In this document: in pieces, positions 18,362 through 30,200 of the stretch
How the letters are laid out: each line of letters opens with the position of its first letter
Numbering within the stretch: the first letter of the stretch is position 1
Origin: a virus
Reading direction: 5' to 3' (one strand)
DNA length: 64,000 bases
IMG/VR virus record: IMGVR_UViG_3300031576_000007
Coordinates: 47,990 to 111,989 of that record
Made by a program: the position numbers and the translations under genes
Notes under the pieces: generated by a model
What the model saw: only the letters and a program-made list of their open reading frames with translations
What the model was told of the DNA's origin: nothing
Databases searched by the model: none

Positions 18362-21300
18362 TTAAATCTCGTAAACAGTTAATCTACAGTTTTCCACAAA
18401 TACAGTACCAGAATTGGTCTCAATATTGAAATCGTAAGTATGATTTCCAGCTGGTGGAACATCGAATTCTTTAAATATACTACATGGGAATGCAGTTGGG
18501 GCAACCATAGTGAACACTCCCATTGAAGTTCCTGCGTCTCTTCTGAATCTTAATCTAGTGCCAGCTCCTGAAGCAGATACATAGCCTTGTGAAGCCCCAG
18601 AGTTACCTGGTCTTAGAAATACTACTACTGGTCTGCCATGAGTTGTTATATTAACACTTAAATTGGTTACAACTCCTGTGCCACCAGAAGAGAAGGACCC
18701 CGAAGAACTACCAGTAATATGACTCGAAGCAGCTGCTAGTATAATATTAGCAGAAGCAGAATCGATAGCTCCTATACCTTGTATAGAACCGCCTAAAAAG
18801 TTAGTCAAACCTAAACTTGAAACTCTAAATCTAGGTGTTCCATTATAAAGAAATTCTACTTCTCCGCCGCTATTACCTGTAAAATCCCACTGATGAGCCC
18901 CTCTAACCAATCTAAAAGCTGGATTAGCACCTAGTAAAGTCTGTAGAGTAAGGGGCAAAGTACCGGCATTTAATAAACCACTACCAACTGTTACCCCGTC
19001 ATCAAGACTGTCTAGTTTTAAAGGAGAAGTTCCATTTATGAACCCAGTTACATTTAAATCTCCACCTACGTTTATATCACCAGTAGTGTTAACTTCACTT
19101 GGATTTAGAACGTCACTTTCCCCACCACTTCCGTCATGATCATGCCCAATAAATACACCACCCGTTGGGACAACTATTGGAGAAGTTACAAATATAACTC
19201 TAAATTTTAATTTATCCCCCGCAGATAGAGCGAAGTTAGTTGTAATGTGATTACTATCATTTTCTATATAATCATCCCCAACAAATAATTCTCTACTATC
19301 ACCGGCTACGGGTTTATAAGTTACAATTAGCTCATTTACCCCCGTTGTATAAACAAATGGTAATTCAAATACTGTCTGCCCCCCTATAGCGGTTAATACT
19401 GTATACCTAAAAGGACCGTCAGTTTCGAATCCAGTTTTATTGTAATACACCCCATAGTCAGTTAACTCAGAGTTAATCTGAGATAATCCTATCTGTATAA
19501 ATAGATTTGCTCCTGTTAACTGTGTATCAGATACAGAAATAGCATCTCTATCATCAGTTTTAAACCATGTTTTTCCATTATCGGAGGATACCCAAGCAAT
19601 AGGAGAAGGGTCATTCGTATTTACTACTGAAAGAAAATCTCTAACCGGAGTTCCAGCTAATTCACCAAATCCTGGGAGGGCGTACTGAACAAAATCAATT
19701 GTAGCTACATATTGTGATGTAGTTAGAAAGCTACCGAATAAGACCCGTGTATCTAAACTTAAATCTGTGAATTCATCATATGTGTGCATTTCTAGAAGTA
19801 CGTTGTCAACTAGAAGTTGAACGTTTTCATCTTTCACTTTTCTTAATTTAAGAGAATAAAATTTGTCATAATCCAAATTATGAAGTGGGCCAACATTGGT
19901 TCCTGATGCTGCATTAAACAAACCTACTTTCAGCTGACCAGCAACATCTCTTAAATAAATAGCTATTTCTTTGCTACCATCCTCAAATCTTACCCCTAAT
20001 CTATCAAGTGCAACAATCCCTACACTTGCCACTTTAATTCTTATTTCTACTTCTGCATCACCATGCCTTACAAATGCATCATCCCTTTTATAGAATATAC
20101 GATTTGTACTAATATTGTCAGTTATTACCAGATTTCCATCGGTTATTACTTCAGTTATACCACCACCACCGTCCGTCTTAACCCAAACTGGAGTAGCTAC
20201 ATCTGGAAGTGCATCTGCTTCATAAAATACACTTCCTTTTCTAAATAAATCTTTTGAATAGAAGATAGATGTATAAATATTAAATATAATATAATCAACA
20301 TCTACTGTTGCAGTTTCTGATCCATTAGTGCCCCAAGACACTCTCGAAACACCACCAGAACCAGTGACTATATCTTCATAAGGAAATGACCCTCTTAATA
20401 CTCCGTCAACATACCATTGAATAGTGGTATTTCCTATTTTTACTAATTCATACTGATGAAATATAGTGGTATCTAGTAAAAAACTTTGGAGGGTGGAAAC
20501 ACCACCATCTACTAATTTTACAGATGTAGTATCTATCACCAACCCGAATCTTTTCCCGCCGACTCCATCATGTAGTTCATATATAAATGGGTAAGTTCCA
20601 GACCCTGCCGTTAATCGGGCTCTAAACTTATGATGACTGTGGGTTAGCGGTGTAAGAGAAGATTCTGTTCTTTCATACCTTATAAGATCCCCTCCTGAAG
20701 AATCTATTAGTGTAACAATACCAGCAGAAGAGGAAGAAGTCTGTGTACCTATTTTAGTCCAAGGATTAATTGGATCTGATTCAGGAACCGTATTACCGAA
20801 GAAGTCTACAAATCTAGCATTGCTAGTAGCTCTAAATAATTTATTAAATGGTTCGAAAGTCAACGACTGAGTTTTAACAAAGTCTACATCGTCATCAACA
20901 TCAAATGTTTCAGCAAATACCTCATCCATCTCAACTTCAGTCAACATGTCTGTTAGATTGTCTCTAGAAAGATCTTTGGCTAATTCTGATCCGAATCCAC
21001 CAAGGAATCCTGTCTCACTATCACCAATAGAACCATTATGAGGAAAATGTACTCTCTGAGATCCTCTTTCAGCCATTATGTAAACATCTACATTACTAGG
21101 GACACTTGTCTTTGTAACTACTGTAGGAACAACAAAATAATCACTTATTGCAGACCTATTCAACAGAAAATAAGCTACGTCACCCTCATTTGTAAGGGTA
21201 ATTACCCCAGGGGCTATCCTAGCTTTTCCTGCTAGCCCAGGCACACTTATTACAAAGTCTGAGTTATTTGTTAATTGATTAGAAGTAGTACTCCAAGAAA

Positions 21301-22387
21301 CTAGACCACCTTCTCGCATACGAACATTTGGGTCAATGCCAAAAGTATTAATATTTGATACAGTCCTAGTATCAGTTATAGTACCAACATTTGGAGAGGT
21401 AAAAGTAAAGTCTGCAACTCGTAGAAATCTTTGGCCTTGTGGTATACTATTGCTGTCAGTAACATAGTGGTCTCGTTTAATAAGCCTAAAGGGAACCCCT
21501 AGAGTTATTACTGGAAGATTTGCTCTCGGATCTACAGATGCAACTTTTACTTCTCTATCTATCCTCATTTGAACGTGGTTACCACCATCGCTAGTGCTTA
21601 TGCTTGTTATAACAAATATATTTCCATCTGAGTCTACAAGTTTTCCAAATACATAATCTGCTGAGTCATTCGCAAATGGTAGTTTAAAAGATAAGTTGTT
21701 GAATACTACCGTGCGGTCAGCTCCATTTATATCTGGAGTAACATCCGTAGCACTCTGTATATCCCCACTTCCAATTGAAGGAGTAATAATAATTTCATTT
21801 ACTAAGTTATTTATACCAGCTAAAGGGAATGTAGGAGAAGAGGTTAGATCAACTGTTTCAATAACATGAACTTTATAAATTAATCGAAGTTTATGCTCAG
21901 TGCCTTCACCTACGTTTACTCCTTCAAGAAACGGATCTACAGCTCCTGATGATCCTGCTTCTCTCACTAGTTCTTCTTCAGCTTCTATAACAACAGAATA
22001 GTTATCATTAGCGACTGAGGGTGGAAATATTAATTTTTTTCCTCCGGAATCAATAGTAGTAGAAGAGAGATCAAACTGAGAGGTATCAGTGTTTGTTGGA
22101 ACTATACCAACAACAACCAGAGGATCTGTACCAGATTTAAGTATGAATGGTACTCCGTCAAGCCACGCTTCTCCTGGCCTTAAAACAATAGAATTAGATG
22201 AGGGTTTTTCAACTTTCCATGCTGGTCCTACACATATATCTCCATATGTATTCTTTATATACTCTCGGAGTTGCTCGAATGATTCCAACTGGAGATCAGT
22301 TGCTTCAGCAGCAAGTAGGTATTTACCTTCTCTAAATTTACTCCTATAATATCTAAGAGATCTAAACGTATTTGTAGGTAGAGCCAT
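18362..22387 (-). CDS. Large tail fibre/baseplate receptor-binding protein with two lectin-like repeats
   Basis: N-terminal FREGKYLLAAEATDLQ...PGEAWLDG attachment domain; two PxW.K...I.Y.R beta-sandwich repeats. Confidence 0.7.
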   Translation of the reverse strand: MALPTNTFRSLRYYRSKFREGKYLLAAEATDLQLESFEQLREYIKNTYGDICVGPAWKVEKPSSNSIVLRPGEAWLDGVPFILKSGTDPLVVVGIVPTNTDTSQFDLSSTTIDSGGKKLIFPPSVANDNYSVVIEAEEELVREAGSSGAVDPFLEGVNVGEGTEHKLRLIYKVHVIETVDLTSSPTFPLAGINNLVNEIIITPSIGSGDIQSATDVTPDINGADRTVVFNNLSFKLPFANDSADYVFGKLVDSDGNIFVITSISTSDGGNHVQMRIDREVKVASVDPRANLPVITLGVPFRLIKRDHYVTDSNSIPQGQRFLRVADFTFTSPNVGTITDTRTVSNINTFGIDPNVRMREGGLVSWSTTSNQLTNNSDFVISVPGLAGKARIAPGVITLTNEGDVAYFLLNRSAISDYFVVPTVVTKTSVPSNVDVYIMAERGSQRVHFPHNGSIGDSETGFLGGFGSELAKDLSRDNLTDMLTEVEMDEVFAETFDVDDDVDFVKTQSLTFEPFNKLFRATSNARFVDFFGNTVPESDPINPWTKIGTQTSSSSAGIVTLIDSSGGDLIRYERTESSLTPLTHSHHKFRARLTAGSGTYPFIYELHDGVGGKRFGLVIDTTSVKLVDGGVSTLQSFLLDTTIFHQYELVKIGNTTIQWYVDGVLRGSFPYEDIVTGSGGVSRVSWGTNGSETATVDVDYIIFNIYTSIFYSKDLFRKGSVFYEADALPDVATPVWVKTDGGGGITEVITDGNLVITDNISTNRIFYKRDDAFVRHGDAEVEIRIKVASVGIVALDRLGVRFEDGSKEIAIYLRDVAGQLKVGLFNAASGTNVGPLHNLDYDKFYSLKLRKVKDENVQLLVDNVLLEMHTYDEFTDLSLDTRVLFGSFLTTSQYVATIDFVQYALPGFGELAGTPVRDFLSVVNTNDPSPIAWVSSDNGKTWFKTDDRDAISVSDTQLTGANLFIQIGLSQINSELTDYGVYYNKTGFETDGPFRYTVLTAIGGQTVFELPFVYTTGVNELIVTYKPVAGDSRELFVGDDYIENDSNHITTNFALSAGDKLKFRVIFVTSPIVVPTGGVFIGHDHDGSGGESDVLNPSEVNTTGDINVGGDLNVTGFINGTSPLKLDSLDDGVTVGSGLLNAGTLPLTLQTLLGANPAFRLVRGAHQWDFTGNSGGEVEFLYNGTPRFRVSSLGLTNFLGGSIQGIGAIDSASANIILAAASSHITGSSSGSFSSGGTGVVTNLSVNITTHGRPVVVFLRPGNSGASQGYVSASGAGTRLRFRRDAGTSMGVFTMVAPTAFPCSIFKEFDVPPAGNHTYDFNIETNSGTVFVENCRLTVYEI

Positions 22388-22399
22388 TCTATTCTCCTA

Positions 22400-24466
22400 T
22401 TATGAACTTGTGAATTGAAACCCGACCCTCGCAAAAGAAGGAGCGAATTCAGTCATTAATGTTAAAAGTTTTTGGAATCGTATGGTATTAAATGGTGACA
22501 GGATTGCGTAATCACCTATTGGATCTAAATCTTTAACTACACCCTGTACAGTAACAGTTGTAGGAGTATTTGAAATAATAGGGAATATATCATTAACTTG
22601 TCCTTGTTTTGCCAATAAAAAGTTTCCTATTAAATTATTAGTTCCGCCAAAGTTAGCCGCTGTATCAGTCATCTTTGTCTTATTATCCCCGGTAATCTCT
22701 ATATTGGAACTTTCCCCAGTCCATAAAGCTACATCTTTTACTTCAACAACAAATTCTCTAAAATTAAAGAATCCTGGAATAATTATTCCTGGTAAAGTAG
22801 TGAAAAATCTTCCAGCATCAACTAAAGCTGTTTTTTTAAATACATTACCATTTTTGGAAGTATTTATAATCAGCCCCATATCCAATTCTATTTGATCTAA
22901 GGTATTATCTACACTTATCACATCAAAAAAGTTACCAACCCCATCAACAAAAGTATCACCTGATCCAACTAGGGCTAAATCTACAGCTCCTATATACTGT
23001 ATTATACCAGTCCCTGGAGTGTAAGAGTAAGCTGTAAATGGTGGACTTGCATCCCCGTTCGGGTCGTTAACAAAAGAAGGCTCAAAACCAAATAATCTTA
23101 GATTGCTACTGCCGAGAGTTCCAGAAAAGAATCTTAGCGCTCCGATATTAGGTACATCATCAGTAACTTCAGAAGCATCTTTTGTCCCATTAGTTACATC
23201 CCAAGTCGTTATTATTCTTATAAAATCTACTATGCCCCTTTTTGAGCCTTTTAATTTCCATGTTGGTAAAAGATCAGATACGATTCGCCTCATGTGATCA
23301 ACGCCTAATATATAATCTGCCTGACTAATCCCCATTTGTAGAGAGAAAGAAGGCAGAATAGTATTAAGCATTTTATCTGAATTTGTTAGATCAAAAGTGT
23401 TTACAAAGCTATAAATTTCATTCATCCCAAACCCAAACACTTGCATTATATCATGAAAATCTCCGGTTGTATCACACTGCTTGAATACATTTGGCCACAG
23501 TTCTAGTAAGATATCGCCAAATTCTCTGTTCATCGTAGATAGAGCAGCTTGTTGAGTTGAACTCATATCTGAGAAGACAGCAAAAGAGGTTTCAGCTGCA
23601 TTACCCCCAATTCTATGAGTAAAGGTTGTATAATAGTAGAATTGTTCACCCTCTAAACCAGTTCCTATTTTAGTATTGGCCTCTTGTTTAGTTAAAAAAG
23701 TGTCAATAAAAGAGAATTGGCCCTTAATTGTTTCAGATGGGCTAATAAAATCTTCAAATTCTTGAAGTATTGAGTAAGCCCCAACAACAGGAGTCCCCGA
23801 TACAGTAAGCATATCTGTGCTGTTGTTTCTTACCACAAATCTACTACCTGCAAAATCTACTAATATCCTGTCTCTTAGGGAACCTGGAATAAATGTCTTG
23901 GAAGTATCCCTTAAGAACCCAGAATTTGCTGATGTAGCAGTTCCTGTTATAACTTCTCCATTTGAGTTAGGGAAATCTTCAAGAACAACATATTGCCCTG
24001 AAGCAGGAGTACCGCTAACAAATATTTCTGTACTAGTGTTGCTTATTATTCTAAAATTATGACTTGTAGAATCTCTAAGTATCCTCCCAGTTAGTGGTCC
24101 ATATGGCGCAATAGTAGGGTAAGAAGCTGCCCCATCAGTTAATTTTCCTGTAGCCCCAACCCCGTTATTTCCTAGAATCTGTTTGGCTCTATATATCTCA
24201 ATCTGAACTGGATCAGTAAATCCTGAAGTATTTACTTTTGACGCGTAGATAGGATCATCATTGTATAGTTCCATCGGAAATGAATCTTTACGTCTACAAA
24301 CTATAAGTTCCATTGAAGAGTCAAAATTAGCTGGTTTCTTGAAAGTCAGAGATACCTCATTAGGATTAGAGTTTCTTGCTCTAAATTCTCTAATCAATCC
24401 TAAGTCAGTGGATACTCCACCTCCCCACGGCCCAGTACCGAAAGGTCCTATTCCCCAACTAGACAT
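22400..24466 (-). CDS. Baseplate wedge protein (P2 gpI / tail protein I-like) with inserted domains
   Basis: LWPNVFK..D, WKLKGSKRGI..FI...T.W, ends EFAPSFARV; position after the fibres. Confidence 0.7.
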   Translation of the reverse strand: MSSWGIGPFGTGPWGGGVSTDLGLIREFRARNSNPNEVSLTFKKPANFDSSMELIVCRRKDSFPMELYNDDPIYASKVNTSGFTDPVQIEIYRAKQILGNNGVGATGKLTDGAASYPTIAPYGPLTGRILRDSTSHNFRIISNTSTEIFVSGTPASGQYVVLEDFPNSNGEVITGTATSANSGFLRDTSKTFIPGSLRDRILVDFAGSRFVVRNNSTDMLTVSGTPVVGAYSILQEFEDFISPSETIKGQFSFIDTFLTKQEANTKIGTGLEGEQFYYYTTFTHRIGGNAAETSFAVFSDMSSTQQAALSTMNREFGDILLELWPNVFKQCDTTGDFHDIMQVFGFGMNEIYSFVNTFDLTNSDKMLNTILPSFSLQMGISQADYILGVDHMRRIVSDLLPTWKLKGSKRGIVDFIRIITTWDVTNGTKDASEVTDDVPNIGALRFFSGTLGSSNLRLFGFEPSFVNDPNGDASPPFTAYSYTPGTGIIQYIGAVDLALVGSGDTFVDGVGNFFDVISVDNTLDQIELDMGLIINTSKNGNVFKKTALVDAGRFFTTLPGIIIPGFFNFREFVVEVKDVALWTGESSNIEITGDNKTKMTDTAANFGGTNNLIGNFLLAKQGQVNDIFPIISNTPTTVTVQGVVKDLDPIGDYAILSPFNTIRFQKLLTLMTEFAPSFARVGFQFTSS

Positions 24467-24478
24467 TTATTCTACTCC

Positions 24479-24559
24479 TTAAGAAGGAACCACAGGAATC
24501 CTAAATTCCATATTCAAAAAATCACCGAATGGCGAATCTATACTTAGCCCACGAAACAT
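24479..24559 (-). CDS. 26-aa ORF or remnant (MFRGLSIDSPFGDFLNMEFRIPVVPS)
   Basis: Exactly fills the gap between ORFs 24561-25058 and 22400-24466; its stop overlaps the next RBS. Confidence 0.35.
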   Translation of the reverse strand: MFRGLSIDSPFGDFLNMEFRIPVVPS

Positions 24560-24560
24560 T

Positions 24561-25058
24561 TTAATTGATCTCAATTTGAAAAGTTAAGCGAATACGCCGA
24601 TTGATGTCGGCTTGATCCCCACCTTTTAAAGAGATAATGCCGTATCTTTCATCCCAAGAATATACAATAACCGTAGTGCTTGCGGGCACCAACTCTATCA
24701 TTGGCTGATAATTTACTCCGCCGGTTTTTGTAATAATACCACCACACATTTGAGGACTATCAGCTTGATTAGTCCCTATTGTATTATCAAGTGCAATGTT
24801 TATTACCCCCGTTCCAGCTCCTTCTGCGCCACCGTCCACGCTTAGAAAGATATCATAAAACACGATTTTTCCGACGGTAATTTTACGTCCTATATTATTG
24901 GTATAAATAGGAACAGTATTCCCTGCACCTCCGACAAGAGTGACAGTTGGAACAAAAGATCCCCAAACGAAACTACCACCGCCCCCCGATCCAGCGGGTA
25001 CAGAGCCACTTTCATTTGCTGCTCTATTAGTTGTTACATTATATGTAGTATCACTCAT
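24561..25058 (-). CDS. Fibre-associated beta-rich protein
   Basis: WGSFVPT...Y...GR...VGKIVF pattern seen in fibre C-terminal domains; AAGGAG RBS. Confidence 0.55.
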   Translation of the reverse strand: MSDTTYNVTTNRAANESGSVPAGSGGGGSFVWGSFVPTVTLVGGAGNTVPIYTNNIGRKITVGKIVFYDIFLSVDGGAEGAGTGVINIALDNTIGTNQADSPQMCGGIITKTGGVNYQPMIELVPASTTVIVYSWDERYGIISLKGGDQADINRRIRLTFQIEIN

Positions 25059-25076
25059 TTAAATTACTCCTTAAAA

Positions 25077-25394
25077 TTAACGGCTGAACCAACTAACCCC
25101 GTCACTATACAATCTTAAAATTCCATAATTTGCTATTATTTGAACCGAGGAAACTCCATCTATTGTACCAGTTTCTGGCTGAACTATAATAGGAGTAGTT
25201 AAACTTGCTCCTCCTGATTCATCTTTTATTTCAATTCTTTTTGCATCAAACTTATCAGCGTCTGCTAAAGTTATGGTCCTTGTTATTGCTGTATTAGTAA
25301 CAGCTATAATAGACTCACCTTGAGTTGTATAATTCACTGCTGTAGCAGTTCTTTTTACTATCTCGGGTAGACGACCTGTAAATATTATTCCCAT
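25077..25394 (-). CDS. Stand-alone fibre repeat domain
   Basis: Paralogue of the C-terminus of 25404-27200 (KDESG.A...TIDG..SV.I.ANYG.LR.Y). Confidence 0.65.
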   Translation of the reverse strand: MGIIFTGRLPEIVKRTATAVNYTTQGESIIAVTNTAITRTITLADADKFDAKRIEIKDESGGASLTTPIIVQPETGTIDGVSSVQIIANYGILRLYSDGVSWFSR

Positions 25395-25403
25395 GATATC
25401 TCC

Positions 25404-27200
25404 TTAAAAACTGAACCAGTTTCCATTACGGAAATATATTCTTAGAACTCCGTAGTTGGCAGTAATTGTTACAGAAGCAGTTCCATCAATAGTAGAAGAA
25501 CCTTCAGTATCAACTGTAATATTATTTGTACCGGCGGCTCCTGATTCATCTTTAACAATAACTACCCTACCACCTACTTCATCATCTTGGTCTAAAGTAA
25601 CAGTTCTTGGCGAGGAAGTATCTGTTACCCCTATAATGGTTTCTCCGTTACTATTTACACTTATTGCTGCCCCACTTGAACCTAATCCTATCCCGCCATT
25701 TTTTGCTAAATGAAATTTTTCAATACTAGAATTCTTTAGAGAAAGAAGCTTAGCTCCAGCAGTAGATAGGTTATTCTGTGTATCGAACTCAAAGGCTCTA
25801 GCGGTCGCTCCATCAGATTCCGCTGATTTTATAATAAAAGGACTAGATCCGCCAGTTAATGTTCCAGAAATCAGTAGATCGCCCGTTTCACTTAATGACA
25901 TTACAGTTACATCAATACCATTTCTCCATACGAAGAAGGCTGATTCATCATTATCAGCATCAATCTGAAATAGAAGATCACTATTACTTTTTATTCTCCC
26001 GCCGGACGGGATTAATAAATCTCCTTGAAAAGAGAAACCGCCAGTTATTGACAGGTCTCCCGATTCATTAAGAGACATCACAGTAGCACTAAGCCCATCT
26101 TGCCATATGAACGAGGCCACCTCGTCATTGTCAGAGTCTACTCTAAATACTAAATTACTAAAACTTTGTATAGTTCCAGTAATTGTCATATTTCCAGCAA
26201 CATCAAGCGCTTCTGTGGCAGATCCTACTGCTCCTACTTTAACATTTCCTATAGCGTTAAGATTACCGGATTCGTCCAGCATCATAACAGCAATAAGAGC
26301 CCCATTTAACCATGAAAATACGTGACTACCATTGTTATCTGCGTCAATCTGGAAACTCATTCCAGTATTACTTATTAAAGAAGTTACTGTTTGTAAATCT
26401 AAATTTCCTTGTATAGTTACATTACCATCTTTGTCAACAGAGAACTTTTCAACACCGTTATTTTGTATAGATAAAAGTTTAGCACCAGCAATAGATAAGG
26501 TAGCTGCGGTATCAATAATGGTGCCTATAGCACTAGCTCCGTCACCTTCTTGTGATTCTATAACAAATGAAGACGAAGTGAGGTTCTTATAAGAGCCAAA
26601 TACTGTAAAATCTCCAGAGCAAGCCCTAGTCCCATCCACTAGAAGATATTGTGTGTGGTCATCATCAAGTAAGCCAGACAAAGAACCGTGATCTGTTGTG
26701 CCAGCACTTATGAAAGATGACCCATTATCTACTTTAAGTTGCAAAGAAGTGGTGTTAAAAATTAATCTACCTTGATTCCCTGCAACTGGGTCTAGTGCAA
26801 CATTTTCTACTCTAATATTCAGTAGTTGAAAATTGCTTACTGACCAGTTTCCAGTTAAAGATCGTGCTCCTGATGCTAAAAGATATTGTGTGTGGTCATC
26901 ATCAAGTAGTCCTGTTAAGGCTCCATGATCAGTAACCCCGCCCCCGCTTATATTAATATTGTTACCAACTTGACTGAGAACGATAGACCCACTTCCGGTA
27001 AGAGTAACGTCACCAGTTAGTTGTGTATCTCCAAATTTTGAAATAGAGGTAACTACTCCTGAGACAATCTGAGATTCTAGAGCTGTAACTCTAGTGTCTA
27101 AATTGTTAATAGCAAATTCTAATTCATCCCATACCTGTTCTATTTCATTGAACCATGGATCAAGAAATTGAGGTGGTCTAGTTATTACGAGTAAAGGCAT
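25404..27200 (-). CDS. Tail fibre with internal repeats
   Basis: 2x DHG.L.GLLDDDHTQYLL, 3x F..D.DN....F.W..G...VM.L.E.G.L, 2x LS.AGAKLLS..N...EKF. Confidence 0.75.
   Translation of the reverse strand: MPLLVITRPPQFLDPWFNEIEQVWDELEFAINNLDTRVTALESQIVSGVVTSISKFGDTQLTGDVTLTGSGSIVLSQVGNNINISGGGVTDHGALTGLLDDDHTQYLLASGARSLTGNWSVSNFQLLNIRVENVALDPVAGNQGRLIFNTTSLQLKVDNGSSFISAGTTDHGSLSGLLDDDHTQYLLVDGTRACSGDFTVFGSYKNLTSSSFVIESQEGDGASAIGTIIDTAATLSIAGAKLLSIQNNGVEKFSVDKDGNVTIQGNLDLQTVTSLISNTGMSFQIDADNNGSHVFSWLNGALIAVMMLDESGNLNAIGNVKVGAVGSATEALDVAGNMTITGTIQSFSNLVFRVDSDNDEVASFIWQDGLSATVMSLNESGDLSITGGFSFQGDLLIPSGGRIKSNSDLLFQIDADNDESAFFVWRNGIDVTVMSLSETGDLLISGTLTGGSSPFIIKSAESDGATARAFEFDTQNNLSTAGAKLLSLKNSSIEKFHLAKNGGIGLGSSGAAISVNSNGETIIGVTDTSSPRTVTLDQDDEVGGRVVIVKDESGAAGTNNITVDTEGSSTIDGTASVTITANYGVLRIYFRNGNWFSF
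26643..26908. repeat. 29-bp exact direct repeat (26643-26671 and 26880-26908)
   Basis: aagatattgtgtgtggtcatcatcaagta occurs twice, encoding LDDDHTQYL. Confidence 0.85.
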
Positions 27201-27201
27201 T

Positions 27202-30200
27202 TTACGTCACTCCCCCACGAAAATCAAGTTCAATGTCATTTTCTACCATTTCTGGAATTTCACTATTCCTTAGATTTACGATATCATCAACAAAACCAGA
27301 GGTTCTAAATTCAAAATGATCCACAATTGTCCCATCAGATGAGATTCCTAAATCGTTAACACTATCCCCTGGTCCAGGTATTACTGGAGTTGGCACACTA
27401 TGTCCTTGTCCTATACCACCTGACATACCAGCAAAAGTTATTCCTGAAATATTAACAGTGTCTATTATCGACTGATTTCCTATTGATCCTATATTATCAT
27501 TTTGTAGAAATACTACTTCATCAGATCCGAACAGCCCAGTACCATCTGAAGCTGATATTGCTAATAGTGGTGCTCCATTTATAGCGCCTATTATTGCTGA
27601 TTTTATTGCAGCAGCATTATCTCCGTTAGTATAAGGAATTGCGATATTACCAAATGCAACCCCCCCAACTTTATCAAATTCAAAAGTAACAGCTGGATTT
27701 GTACCATCATTTAATGTAAATTGTTTTCCATCAGCTATATCACTACCTGTAATTGATGTATTTATAGCTATAGCCCCAATTGCTTGAAATCCTAACCCGC
27801 CAGCTCTATTAGCTAACCCAACTACGAAACTTACTTCATTATTATCACTATAGTATCTAGGAGCTATAGATGCTGGCTTTCCACTAGATGTTGGGCCTAA
27901 TGGAAGACCTACTGCTGGGGCTGGAGTTTGTGTAGCATCATGTAATATTACAACAGTTTTGGATAAGTTGTTTACTGAGATTATTTCAAATGTTCTTAAA
28001 TTAGAATCTATCAGCGTATATCTACTAGAAGGACCACCTGTTATAGAACTCAAATCAGGGTTCCCTGCGCAATGCACAGCTCCAAAACCAATACTTGGGG
28101 TATTTGATATAAATTGGTCAAGTGTAAGAGGTATTCCAAAATTTCCTATATTATCCTGTGGATCTGATAGTTGGAATTCATCCCCTATTGTCCCTACCAA
28201 GTTAAAAGCTGAATTAACTCTAAAAATTGAGTTGTGAGTATTGTACTCAATCCCAGCAAATATAAGACTATGAAAGATAAGATTCTGACCTATTAAACTT
28301 TTTACAATTTTGTATTCTCCACTTGCAACATCAGAAACAATAGTGTTATTAACAGCAAATGCTGACAACAATATAGAGTGTGAGTCATTGTCATCAATAG
28401 ACCACACGTTACCGGCGGCATCTACTAATAGGTGCGTATCTCGCTTAAGAAAAGCTGCTCCATTAACTAATGCATTAGGATAGCCGTTTGATACAACAAA
28501 TGTATCTGAGTCTACGATAGACACAATTCTCGCCGTATTAGCTCCTTGTATTATTCTATCTCCAATTTTAGGGATAAAAGTGGGGACTGTATGATCAAAG
28601 GTATTCCCTGACAGATTACTTAGAGTAATCGAGGAGGACCCCCCTACAAATTCATCTATTAAGAAAGTTTTACTAATATCAAATACAATATTAGAACTAC
28701 CATCAGTATTTACTCCCGTGGTAGTACTTTCAACTACAGAAAAGTTTATTGAATCATCTGTCAGACTTCCTTCACTCAAATTACTAACTCTTCCTGAGAT
28801 CTTTTTGAATACAGTGAAAGAATTAAAGTTTGGTGAATCCGCATTTTCATTTGGTCCTATTAGCCATTCAGCTGAGTTACTATTAGGGAATAGCTCTATT
28901 TCAGAAAACAGGTAATTAGCTCCAATAGCTGCACTTTGTTCAACTCTAGGATCATAATGTAATTTTGTAATTTCAAATCTTTCAATGCCCTCAACTGTTC
29001 CTACAACATTGTATAGGTCTATAAGTCGTATTACCTGGGCGAACTTAGTTCCTGATTCATCAACGTCTCCAGAACTAAAATTAAAGAAGTTAAGAAGTGA
29101 TGTAGTTATATTAGATTCAACTAAAGATCTGGATGCTCCTGATGATAGGAATATAGTAGCTTTAAAGAATATATCCATCCCAAATGCATCTTTAATTTTG
29201 AATGTAGTAGTTACGGGCTTTCGTTCATCAATAAAATCAGACACAGCATTGAAAAGAGGGAGATTATCTGTTATTTTAGTTATAGAATTCCCAGCAGGAA
29301 CCACAAAAATATCTATATCTATACCAGCATCACTTAAGTTCTGAGCAGCTGAAGCTTTTGAAACATTATTAAAATTAGTTAAAATAATATCTGCATAATC
29401 CTGAACTGTTACTGCTCTTTCTAAAGTTCTAAGAGATGCGGGTACTAGCTCTCTTAATTGGGTGATGGAGGGCTCATCTGCACCACCACTAAATGCTGAT
29501 TCATTTGTAACAGCATTTATAAAAGTTGATTGGTCTAATAAAGTAGTTAAGGTATTAGCAGGTATGTTACCAGCGGAACCACCTCCAGTTCTATAATTGG
29601 TGACAATAGAATCGTTAGGTGAAAGTTGTTTCCCGAACACGCCGTCACCAAATCTGAGAATTGCTCTGCCTTCAGAATCAATAAGGACACGAAAGTGTTT
29701 ATCTGTGGGTAAACTTCTTATAAATGTATCAACTAATTCATATGTATCGCCGTTAACTGTAACGCCGGGGGATATTAATGACGAGATAGGATTAGTAGTA
29801 TCTATCACCAATCCTGTTACCCCTAGAGTTATTTCTTCATTTTGTACTCCTCTAGCTATGAAACTCTCTTGTCTTTGTGCGCCCTGAATTACTGGAAGTA
29901 TGACTTCAAGAGTTGTTGACCCCGGAGCTGGAGAACTACTAGATGTAAAAAACTCTTGCCCATTTTCTGAGGATACCCTGAATCCTATTGGTACTGTACC
30001 TGGTGTGCTCAACATAAATGTAGCAACCTCTGACGAGGAAGATGCGGTTGAGACTACAAATCCAAATTGTTTTGCTATATCTAGAATATTCTTTCTGATG
30101 GTAGCTGTTTCAATATTACTTTGAGTTGCTTGAACATCAAGGTAATAAAAGATGAGATCGCCAACGTATGCAACTAATTCTAACCACGTTCTGCTAAAAT

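Noticed and set aside
26643-26908. 29-bp repeat as att site or DGR template/variable pair
   Set aside because: Both copies are in frame within one gene, encode the same peptide repeat, and are identical with no adenine-specific variation.
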